Assembly: GCA_029953675.1 (NCBI GenBank)
Contig: JAMWBK010000009.1
Coordinates: 1-64,000, forward strand
DNA: 64,000 bases
From: Rhodosorus marinus CCMP1338
Lineage: Eukaryota > Plantae > Rhodophyta
Reading direction: 5' to 3'
The position numbers and the translations under genes are program-made. This document shows positions 22,751-33,064 of the stretch, piece after piece. Numbering within the stretch: position 1 is the stretch's first letter; every line of letters starts with the position of its first letter. The notes below the pieces were generated by a model. That model saw only the letters and a list, made by a program, of their open reading frames with translations, made no database searches and was not told the origin of the DNA.

Positions 22751-25700
22751 TTACCTCAGACTAACGTAACCGTAAACTTTACTGGGCAGCTGCCTACTGC
22801 AGCGTATCACTAGTGCTACTACTATCTAGGGAAAAGCTTAAGCTAACCCCGCTACCGGGGTCTAATGCTACGTTCGAAAGAAAAAACTGGGACCAGTGGA
22901 TTCGCCAACTGGTCCACTCGCAGAGCGCCTATCGCGATCTCCGCGTTCCCCTGCCATAATTTCCTGTTGATTTGAGCCCGAACATCGCTCAGTTCTAGGC
23001 TCCGGTGCAACAAATGCTTGCAGCTATCTCGTAGAAATTCTTGGGTCATGTGCCCTGTACGCCCAAAGCTCTAGATCGCAATCGGAATGAACATGTCTTC
23101 TGGCTTCTCTACGGACATAGCTTCTTTGTAATGCGCAAGTTTCCACCTCTCCGCTCTTTTTGCCGCATACCCGTTCTCTGACCCACTCCGGTTCACGTAT
23201 TTCTCCTGCAGTGGCGATGTAACCGTCACATCCAGCGCGTACGTTTGGAACGTCCTGGGATGAGTGGCAATGATATCTGGTCTTAGTCGGTAGTTCTCGA
23301 AGTACCCCTCCGGTTCTTGCTTCATGTCGATGAAATTCCAGCGATTCAGCCATCGCGCCAGCTCTGTACAGATTTCGTCATGCCTTCGCTGCCATAGTCC
23401 CGTCGATGTTGGGCAGTGGTGAAACCTTTGTACGCCATTAGTACCATGACTACTACCACAACTAGTACACTTCCCCGATGTCCGTATTCCCGGTATCGAC
23501 AAGCCCAACAGCTGTCGTACGTTCACTTGCAGTTCTGCTGTACTCAGTTTTTTTCGGCGCGAGCGTCGGCATTTCCCGTAACCACACTCCTGATCCGGCT
23601 CCAGCTGCGGACCTAATTCTGGCCCGATCTTCAGCCGAAATTTGTCCGTGGGATACCAGTCTTTGGAAAGCTGCATGGTGTGCCTCTCTGGAGAGGGTTT
23701 ATTGGATGGAACCATGTTTCCATGCTGGGGGGTCGGCTTGTTCTGCTCCTGGCGCGGTTTCGGTCCTCTGCGTCAGGGTGGCCAAGCTCCTGATTCGCTC
23801 TGGGGCGTCTGGGCGCAGTCTGCGTTGTGTTGCTGCTGCAGACTCGCGGATTTGGTCAGCAAGCTGTGCTGTCGACCTTTGGATTCTCCTCAGTGTGTGG
23901 TCGTCTGCAGGTGCCTCTGACGAAGATTGCGCTTGTACCTCGGTGAGGTATGGCCATTGCCCGTAATTACCTTTGAAACTTTCGTACCAGGCCGAGTAGA
24001 AGGCGATGGGCTGGATCCGTTGTCTCGTAGCGAGTCAAAGGCCTCCCCATCGACAGGGGAGTGCGATCTGGGCTTGTGTAGAGTTTTCGTAGTCAGGGTC
24101 CTCGGTGTCCGTAGTAGTGAGGCCTCCAAATAGCGTATCGAGGTGATAACGCGTCAGGGCGTCCGCTTCCCGTGCAAGTGTTCTTCCAAAGGGGTAGGCG
24201 AGGCTGCGTAGAAAGTAGTCTAGGCGGGGTTCAGAACAATACCCGAAGAGTGCCATTTTCGTATTCAGTTCCTCAGGGGGCAGGTGAATTATCTCCTTGA
24301 ATAGTTTCTCGTGGTTGTTTTGTATCTTCCGGCACTCGCTTTGGATGTAAGCGCGTGTTCCAATCGGAATGGAATGGATGGTAACTCCGTCTCGCGTTGC
24401 CGTGACGCCAGGGATGTCATGGCTGAGCAGTCGTGGCGTGGTCATCGTGTTGCCGTACAAGGTGCACTTGGCAAGCTGCAGTCGGGCTCCGAGTGAGGGA
24501 AGTAGTGCCTGGCCCCAGTGGAGTGAATCTTTCAGTAGTTGTAGCGGCCCTACGATGGTGATATCGTCGTGTATCGCCACAATGGTTAAATTAGGGGCTT
24601 TGTTGTGCAATGCTTCCAAGAAAGGCGCCAGGGAGAGCGCATGTAGGATTGGCCCTAGGGGATCTCCCTGTTGAACTCCCGTTGTGGCCCGAAGCGTCAA
24701 GCGATGGGTGTCGTCTTGGTCTGGACCTTGTTTGTCTCGCCATCCGAAGAGTGTAGGAGCATCCGTGCTGTCATTTCCGTAGCCAAGCCGGTACACGCCT
24801 TCAAGCTCGGGGAAATGGTGGTCCAGGATTTGCTTTGCAATGCGGCGGTCGATGCGGTTGAACGCATTCTCCAGGTCGAGCCGTAAGACGACGGCGTCAG
24901 GTTCACACGAGAGATGGGCCTGGATCGCGTGTAGTGATCGTTCACATCCACCTCTAACTCCGATGCCTAGTTGTAGAGGTGTGAGCAGTTCGGTGACGCG
25001 GTCGGTAACCGATCGAAGGATCCACTGTGTCGCCACCTTTCGGAGGACTTCGGGGACTCCAATCGGCCGGATGCCAGGTCTCGTTGCAGCGGTTGTGTTG
25101 CTCGTGGGTTTTTCGAACGGCAGTAATCTGCTGCTGCGCATTGCCCAGGTCATCGGGGGTGCAAACTTCTCTGGTGCCGTAGCTAGTTGCCGGAGAACGC
25201 GGATTAGAGCCACTTGGACGTCCTGAGTGGCCCCCTGCAGGTGTTCTGCTCGGAGTCCACTAGGTCCGGGGCTGGTACCTTGGGGAAGCCGGGCTATTAT
25301 CGCGAGAATACCTTCATCTGCTGCTTGTCGAGCATACCATCTTCTCCTGAGATTATCGGTGTCCTTGGAGAGCAGGAGTTGTAGGGCTTGGTCGACCTCC
25401 TCCGGTAGGGAACACTCCGTCGGGTCTGGAAAGAGTTCCTCCAATTGGTGCCACGTAGCGTTGGTAAATGGAGCCAGTTCGGTGGCCTGTAATCGTCGGG
25501 CCGCGTGTGAAAGGCGTCCGAGATGTGCCAATTTCAGGGCCTGTTTTCGGCGCCTTTGCGCCTGTTTCTGAGCTATCTCAGGTCCGCTTAGTGCCGTGCG
25601 AGGTGTCTGGTTGGAGGCGTACTCCTCGAGAGCAGTCCAAACTGTGTGAAACTCGCCTTCGAGTACGTGCGTGACCTGCGTGCCGATATGAAGAGCAGTA

Positions 25701-27620
25701 TACCCGAGGACCAATCCTGGGAGCCCGGAGAGGAAGAGGCTGGCATTCACTGGTGCGCTGCGGTCCATTGTGAGCTGGAGGGCGACCCGAAGGAGGCTGC
25801 TCCAGGCGTTGACGTGTGCGCGAGGCACGAAACCTCGAGTAGGGGCGGGACAGTGTGCGAGACGAGTCCACAACCAACCTCTGTCCGTGATATCGTTGAC
25901 GAAGACATTCCAGCGTTCAATCCAGTCCTGTCGCTTGGAGAAGAAAAGAGGCTCTTCCCGTCTGCGTTTGATTCCCCTACGTCGGTTCGGCATTATTGGG
26001 GGTTGTCTTCCTGACTTGTCTGGATGTCCATCGCATTATCGTGGGCTTCGGAGGGCGTCTGGGCATCGTTATCGCGCTGAGATGCTTCTGGGGCTGCGAG
26101 AGTCATCTCGGTGTCATGGCATGTGCCTGCCGCTGTCACGCGTGTGCGCTTCTGTTGGGGGGGGTCCGGAAAGTTGTGCGGGAGCTCGGCGTGTGGATTT
26201 TCCTCTTCGGCATCCACCTGTGGTAGTTGAGACGTGGCGCTGGAGTCACCCGAAGCGTCAACGGTCCCGCGGGCTTCCTGTGCGGCTCCGTCAGGAGCCG
26301 AGGCTTCTGGGGCTGCGTGTGTAGCTGCTGCAGTCTCAAGGGGTTCCACACTCTCCCCGGGGACCGCTGGTGGATGTTGTAGGCCATGTAACGCTCGTAG
26401 ACGCTCTTCTAGCGTCTCATGGATGGCTGCGAGAGTAGAGAACGACAGGTGTCTCTTTCCGAGCCTCGCGCGAATCCTGATGATCTGTTGTATGGCTCGT
26501 TGCAGCGTCTGGGCTGGGATATCCGCTGGGGTGATCCTTTGCCTTTCGTTGTAGCCCAACAGGTTGTCAGCCTCCAGTCCCTGTCCTGTGTGGAGGGTCA
26601 CTTGCCGGTCAGGAGGTCTCAGTGTGAACGATCCAAAGATCCCTGTTCTGAAAACGCCTCGAGCGATAGCGCTTTGTACAATCGGGATTGCATCCGGATG
26701 GCAGAGCAAACTTGCGTGTGATGAGATGAAATCCACATGCGCGATGTGAGAAGCTGGGATTCCCAGAGCGCGGCAGAGTACGGTGGTGAAGTCCGAAGGT
26801 GCCACATCATCCTGCCTTGGGGGGCGGACGTTTCGAAGGGTGGCAAGGATCGGTTTGGTCTCTGGTCCCCAGGTTGCTCCCTCCACCGTAGCGTGCAGCT
26901 GTCTCAGGGCTGCTTGCTGGGTCTGCGGCCCAGGGCGTCCTACTGTGCGGGTTGGTGCTGCTTCTCCGCGCACTGAGGCTGTCTGAGCCGTGCGCTCAGC
27001 GTAGGTAGGTTGTGCACTCCCATTCCCGATGACTGGGAAGGCCTCTGCGTAGTCCACTGGGACCGTGACACCTGTCCTGAGCGGAAGTTGATTGAGACGC
27101 GTTCCGGCTGCATGTTGATTGATGGCCGCCGCCGGCGGGTGCTGTTGCAGGATTTGGGAAGGGTTCGGTGCTGCGGCTCCACTGTGCCACATATAAGGTT
27201 CTGCTGAAAGCTCGGAGAGACGTGCGGTAATTCCTTCGAGTTCAATGGTGCTGTTAATCCGTGAGTAGAGTTTGAATACAGCCTTGTAGAAGTCCGCGAT
27301 AACTGCTTCGCCAATTCCCAAGTCCTGATAGCACCTGTCGAAGGCGCGAAGTTGGTGCAAAAAGACTGCCGCAGGTCCTGTTGCCTCTTGAGTCTCCATC
27401 CTGTAAGCCTCCTGTGTGTTCACTGCTTCGAAATCCTGGGTGCTTGTTGTCCTGCCGCTCGGTTCTGGCCTCCGACTCCCGTTCGGTGTCCCCACCCCCT
27501 CTTCGCCTGGGCGAGGGCCGTTGGTGCCCGGGTGGCGGAGAGGTGCTCGGTACTTTCCCAGCTTCTCCTTCTCGATCATAAAGCTTTCGTTAATAAAATC
27601 TCACAGTATAATTGTGCTTG
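22751..27620 (-). mobile_element. Full-length RLE non-LTR retrotransposon family B (ORF1 25993-27579; ORF2 from 25993 with nonsense mutations near 24035 and 23700)
   Basis: 528-aa ORF1; RT motifs IRPIG, LDLENAFNRI, GVQQGDPLGP, AIHDD; RLE CTSC..HHC..RRH, LRPDI, ALDVTV, KLAHY; 3' UTR and tail. Confidence 0.93.
25993..27579 (-). CDS. Family B ORF1 (intact, 528 aa)
   Basis: Open frame homologous to family C ORF1 (FLHQLR.FDRCYQDLGI, LRNVRPP); its TAA overlaps the ORF2 ATG. Confidence 0.85.
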   Translation of the reverse strand: MIEKEKLGKYRAPLRHPGTNGPRPGEEGVGTPNGSRRPEPSGRTTSTQDFEAVNTQEAYRMETQEATGPAAVFLHQLRAFDRCYQDLGIGEAVIADFYKAVFKLYSRINSTIELEGITARLSELSAEPYMWHSGAAAPNPSQILQQHPPAAAINQHAAGTRLNQLPLRTGVTVPVDYAEAFPVIGNGSAQPTYAERTAQTASVRGEAAPTRTVGRPGPQTQQAALRQLHATVEGATWGPETKPILATLRNVRPPRQDDVAPSDFTTVLCRALGIPASHIAHVDFISSHASLLCHPDAIPIVQSAIARGVFRTGIFGSFTLRPPDRQVTLHTGQGLEADNLLGYNERQRITPADIPAQTLQRAIQQIIRIRARLGKRHLSFSTLAAIHETLEERLRALHGLQHPPAVPGESVEPLETAAATHAAPEASAPDGAAQEARGTVDASGDSSATSQLPQVDAEEENPHAELPHNFPDPPQQKRTRVTAAGTCHDTEMTLAAPEASQRDNDAQTPSEAHDNAMDIQTSQEDNPQ

Positions 27621-27622
27621 TT

Positions 27623-28118
27623 CCCAGACTAACGAAACCGTAAACTCTCGTCAGAGTAACGTAACCCCAGAAAAAACAGGCACCAGCGGATTCTCCAACT
27701 GGTCCACGCGCAAAGCGCCTAGCGCTATCTCTGCGTTACCTCGCCATAGTTGCCGGTTTATCTGGGATCTCACGTCGCTCAGCTCCTCACTCCTGTGCAG
27801 TAGGTGTTTGCAGCTGTCGCGGAGGAACTCTTGTGCCATTTGCCCCGTACGCCCAAACGTCTCTATCGCTATCGGGATGAACTTGTCATCCGGTTTCTCG
27901 ATCACCATCGCTTCCTTGTAGTGAGCGATTTTCCACTTCTCCGCAGCTCTCGCCGCGTATCCGCTATCATCTTGGCTCCGCCGCAAATAGTTTCCCTGTA
28001 ATGGTGACACCACGGTCACATCCAGCGCATACCTTTGTTTGGTCCTCGGATGCCTAGCGACGATATCAGGTCGCAGTCCGTAGTTCTCGAAGTACCTCAG
28101 GTTCTTGCTCTACGTCCG
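27623..28118 (-). mobile_element. Family C 3' fragment lacking its 3' UTR, capped by telomere-like units
   Basis: Matches C ORF2 up to gtgcctgttttttct, then ggggttacgttactctg. Confidence 0.85.
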
Positions 28119-28123
28119 TGAAA

Positions 28124-31100
28124 TCTGGGGTAAAGTGTACACGGTAAAAAGGTAAAGTTCGTACGGAAGACAACAACAAAAGTTCGTAAGAAAGTTCGAA
28201 GATGATCGTGAGGGAGGTACGCGGGCCGTACCCCGAACCTCTTGTCATTCAGGGCCCGGACCCCTCGGGCACCCGGGAAGTTTTGCAAAGGCACCAGCAC
28301 CAGTCTGATGGCGACGTGCAGGAGACACCAACGGAACCACAAGCAGGCAATGTTCAAGCAAGAACGCGGACCGAGTCTGCAGCCGCAACCGACCCGGCAG
28401 CCACATTCTTGCATCAACTGCGTAGCTTCGACAGATGCTACCAGGACCTGGGCATCGCTGCGTCCGAAATTACAGACTTCTACAAAGCCGTTTTTCAACT
28501 GTACTCGAGGGTCAACAGCTCGCAAGAGCTGCAAGGTGTCACCGGACGCCTTACGGAGTTGTCCCGGAAACCGGGTATGTGGGAAGGTGGAGCCGCTACT
28601 ACGAATTCTGCACCATTTCCGCATGATCTCCCGCGAGATCTCCCGCGACAGGCCGTAGGCAACCACCTCGGCCCCGAAACCCCTTACCGTAACGGTCGTC
28701 TGCCAGGAAGTTATGCCGTCCATGATTTAGGAACCCGGCTCCCTGCGCCCCAGGGAGGGACAGGTGTCCGGGATCTAGGACACCATGCGGAGACATTCCC
28801 AGCCATCGGGGAGGGCCCTACAAGGCCAACCTTCGCCGATTTCGCAGCACAAAAAGAACCAGCGAGAGGAGGAGATGCTCGTTCCAGAACTTGTGGACGC
28901 CCTGGACCCCAGACCCAACAGGCTGCCCTACGGCAACTGCACGCTACGGTCGGGGGGTCTGGCTGGGGACCCGATGTTGCTCCAGTCCTCGCGACGCTAC
29001 GGAATGTCCGACCCCCAAGGCTGGATGAGGTGGCCCCTGCGGAGTTTGCAACGGTTCTTTGCAGAGCACTGGGTATGCCCAGCTCTTATGTGGTGCATGT
29101 GGACTTTATTGCCTCCCATGCCTGCCTGCTGTGCAATTCCGATTCTCCAAAGTGCCATCTCCCGAGGAGTTTTCCGGACTGGGATATTCGGATCCTTCAC
29201 ACAACGACACGCCGATAGACAAGTCAGCCTTTACACTGGCCAGGCGCTGGACCCAGACAACCTTCTGGGTTACCTCGAACGTCAGACCATCGCTCCCGGG
29301 GATATTGCTGCCCACACGCTGAAGCGGGCCATCGAGCAGCTTGTCCGCATTCGTTCGAGGATCCGCAGGCGACAACTCTCCTTCCACACTCTCGCAGCGC
29401 TCTACGAGTATCTGGAGGCACGACTAGAGCTCCTAAAACGCAGACAACATCCGCCTGAGGTACCCGGGGAGTGCGCGGAACCCCCGGGGCCTGCAGCCGC
29501 TTCGAACGCAGACCCTGAAGCCTCGTCCCTTCCAGGGGATGTACAGGCAGACCGTGGGACAGTTTGACGCCCAGGTTGAGACTAGCGCGACTTCCCAAGT
29601 ACCTGAGAACGCAGCACACGAGGACAATCCCCATGCGGAGCTCCTCTGCAACCTTCCGGAGCCACCTCAACAGAAGCGCTCGCGAGTATCCGCCGATGGA
29701 ACCGGACCGGATACTGAGATGACTCCGGCAGCCGTGGAGACTCCACCGGATACCACTGTGATACAGGTTGCCCTTGACGGCAACCATCACGCGATGGACA
29801 CGCAGGAGAGCCAGGAAAACCCAGCGCAAGAATGCCGAGCAGACGTAGGGGAATCAAACGACGCCGCGACGAGCCTCTGTTCTTCTCGGATCGTCAAGAC
29901 TGGATCAGGCGGTGGAGCGTCTTCGTCGACGACGTCACGGAAGGAGGCAGGCAGTGGACGCGCCTTACACACTGCCCGGTTCCCACACGGCGATTTGTGC
30001 CACGCGCCCAGGTTCAAACATGGAGCTGCCTCTTCCGTGCTGCATTAGAGCTCTCTATGGACAGCACCGCACCAACAAACGCCAGCCTGCTTCTTGTCGG
30101 ACTTCCAGGCCTGGTCCTTGGACACTCTGCACTTGATGTTGGCATTCAGGTATCGCATGTGCTTGAAGGAGAATTCTCTACGGTCTGGAGCGCTCTAGAG
30201 GACAAGGCGTCTATGCTGTCGCATACTACCGCACCGCAAGGAGCTGAAGCGGTTCGACGCAAACATCTCGGGCGCCACAAGCGAGCGCTGAAACTAGCAC
30301 ACCTTGGCCGCCTTTCAGATGCAGCTCGGAGCCTACAGGCCACCGAAATGGCACCTTTTACCGCGGCTACGTGGAGGCAACTACAAGCGCTCTTTCCCAA
30401 CCCGGCGGAAGGTGACTTACCAGACGAGATTGCACACGCCCTGCAATCTTTGCTCGCTCTGAATACCGAAACACTAAAGCGGCGGTGGGATTCAAGAAAA
30501 GCTGCCGACGAGGGCCTCATGTCGATCGTGGCACGTCTTCCTCAGGGCAAGAGCCCAGGTCCTAGCGGTCTCCGAGCGGAACACCTCCAAGGTGCATTTC
30601 AACAGACGCAAGTGGCGTTGATTCGTGTATTGCGACAACTGGCGACCGCTCCTGAGAAATTTTCCCCAGCTCTGACCCGCGCCCTTCGCAGTAGTTGACT
30701 CCTGCCGTTCTCGAAGCCTAACAAGGGTTCAGTGCCGCAGGAGCATCCCGGAGTTCGCCCTATCGGAGTACCAGAAGTTTTGCGCAAGGTAGCAACGCAA
30801 TGGACTCTTCACGCGGTTATGGACAGGGTGCGTGAGCTCCTGGTGCCCTTACAACTGGGTATTGGAGTAAATGGCGGGTGCGAACGCTCACTTCACGCGA
30901 TCCAGGCCCATTTGTCATGCGCACCCGATTCGGTGGTCCTTCGGCTAGACCTAGAGAATGCCTTTAATCGCATCGACCAACGCCTTGCCAAGCAACTGGT
31001 GGACGAACACTTGCCGGAGCTTGCACCAGTGTATAGACTTGGCTATGGAAGCGACAACGCGGACTCACCGACGCTCTGTGGCTGGCGATCTTCCCCGGGA

Positions 31101-33064
31101 CAGAACGAAACCGACACCTCTCGCCTGACTCTCCAAGCAACTACAGGAGTCCAACAGGGAGATCCACTGGGGCCGGTGCTACATGCACTATCCCTGGCGC
31201 CCTTTCTAAGAGCGTTGCGAGCCAAGTTCCCCAACGAAACGATTGTTGCTATCCACGACGATATCACGATTGTCGGGTCGCTACAAGCCGTGAAGGCGTC
31301 CCTGGCATGGGCAAAAACTGTGCTCCCCTCTCTTGGAGCACGCCTGCAACTCGGCAAGTGCACTGTGTACGGGCGAACACTGACTACCACGCGAGTGGTC
31401 AACCATGAGATTCCTGGAGTGCAAGTGACCAGAGACGGAGTCACCATCCACTCGATACCGATAGGCGGCCGAGAATATATCGAACAGGAGTGCCGGGGGT
31501 TGCAAAATAAGCATGAGAAACTCTTTGAGGAAATTGCCAAGCTCCCACAACCGGAGCTTACGACGCAAATTGCCCTCTTCAGGTTCTGTGCGGAAACGCG
31601 ACTAGACTATGTGCTACGATGCCTCGCATACGAGTTTGGAAGAAATCTGGCACGCGAGGCCGACGTGATGACCAGATATCACCTGGAAATTCTATTCGGA
31701 GGCCTCTCGCTACGACAGCTGTAGAGGACGACGAGTACGCAGAGCTGATCTCGGACCAAATCCCTCTGCCCTGCCGCTGGGGAGGTTTGGGTTTCGCTAC
31801 TCGAAAGCGCGTCCAACCCATCGCGTTTTACTCGTCATGTAGAAACACCTTCCGGAACAATGAAGATGAATGGCCATACCTGACTGAACTAGAGCGGGAG
31901 GTTACGGCAGAACGCTCACCAGACACATACGAGCCGATGGATCAACGATGGTCGACTGCACAGCTGGCGGACCAGATCTGTGCATCGTCGCGAGCAATAC
32001 AACGGAGGCTCGGACCAGAAACCCCACCGCGGATCTTGGCACTGACTACCCTGCAACAACCGCGCGAAATGTCTCTTCGAAGCGCACCGGGCGAGACTGC
32101 AGCTTGGAATAATGGTTCAATACAACAAACCCTCTCTCGAGAGGCACACCATTGTGCATTCCAAAGCTTGGTCACCAACCCACGAATCTCCACTGAAAAC
32201 CGAGCTCGAATACGGTCCGCCGCGGGATCCGGGTCGGGAGTCTGGCTGCGTGAAGTACCAACGCTGACACCGAAAAAATTGAGTGCGGTTGAGATGCAGG
32301 TAAACGTTCGACAACTGCTGGGTCTGCCAATTCCGGGATTGCGGACCACCGAGAAGTGCACTAGTTGCCGGAGTAAACACGGAAGGACTGGGGTACAACG
32401 GTTTCATCACTGCCCAACATCAACTGGACTGTGGCAACGTAGGCATGACGAAATCTGCAGAGAGCTGGCACGGTGGCTAAGGCGATGGAACTTCATGGAC
32501 GTAGAGCAAGAACCTGAGGGGTACTTCGAGAACTACGGACTGCGACCTGATATCGTTGCTAGGCATCCGAGGACCAAACAAAGGTATGCGCTGGATGTAA
32601 CGGTGGTGTCACCATTACAGGGAAACTATTTGCGGCGGAGCCAAGATGATAGCGGATACGCGGCGAGAGCTGCGGAGAAGTGGAAAATCGCTCACTACAA
32701 GGAAGCGATGGTGATCGAGAAACCGGATGACAAGTTCATCCCGATAGCGATAGAGACGTTTGGGCGTACGGGGCAAATGGCACAAGAGTTCCTCCGCGAC
32801 AGCTGCAAACACCTACCGCACAGGAGTGAGGAGCTGAGAGACGTGAGATCCCAGATAAACCGGCAACTATGGCGAGGTAACGCGGAGATAGCACTAGGCG
32901 CTTTGCGCGTGGACCAGTTGGAGAATCCGCTGGTGCCTGTCTTTTCTTTTGAACGTAGCATGAGACCCCGGTAGCGGGGTTCCAGTAAGTTTTTCCCTAG
33001 ATAGGATTAGACGTAGTGTTGCGCAGCAGTAGGCAGCTGCCCCGTAAAGCTTACGGTTACGTTA
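28124..33064 (+). mobile_element. Full-length RLE non-LTR retrotransposon family C (ORF1 from 28202; ORF2 29832-32974, disrupted at 30696 and ~31710)
   Basis: ORF1 MIVREVRG...; RT VRPIG, LDLENAFNRI, GVQQGDPLGP, AIHDD; RLE CTSC..HHC..RRHD, LRPDIV, ALDVTV, KIAHY, IAIETFG. Confidence 0.93.
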
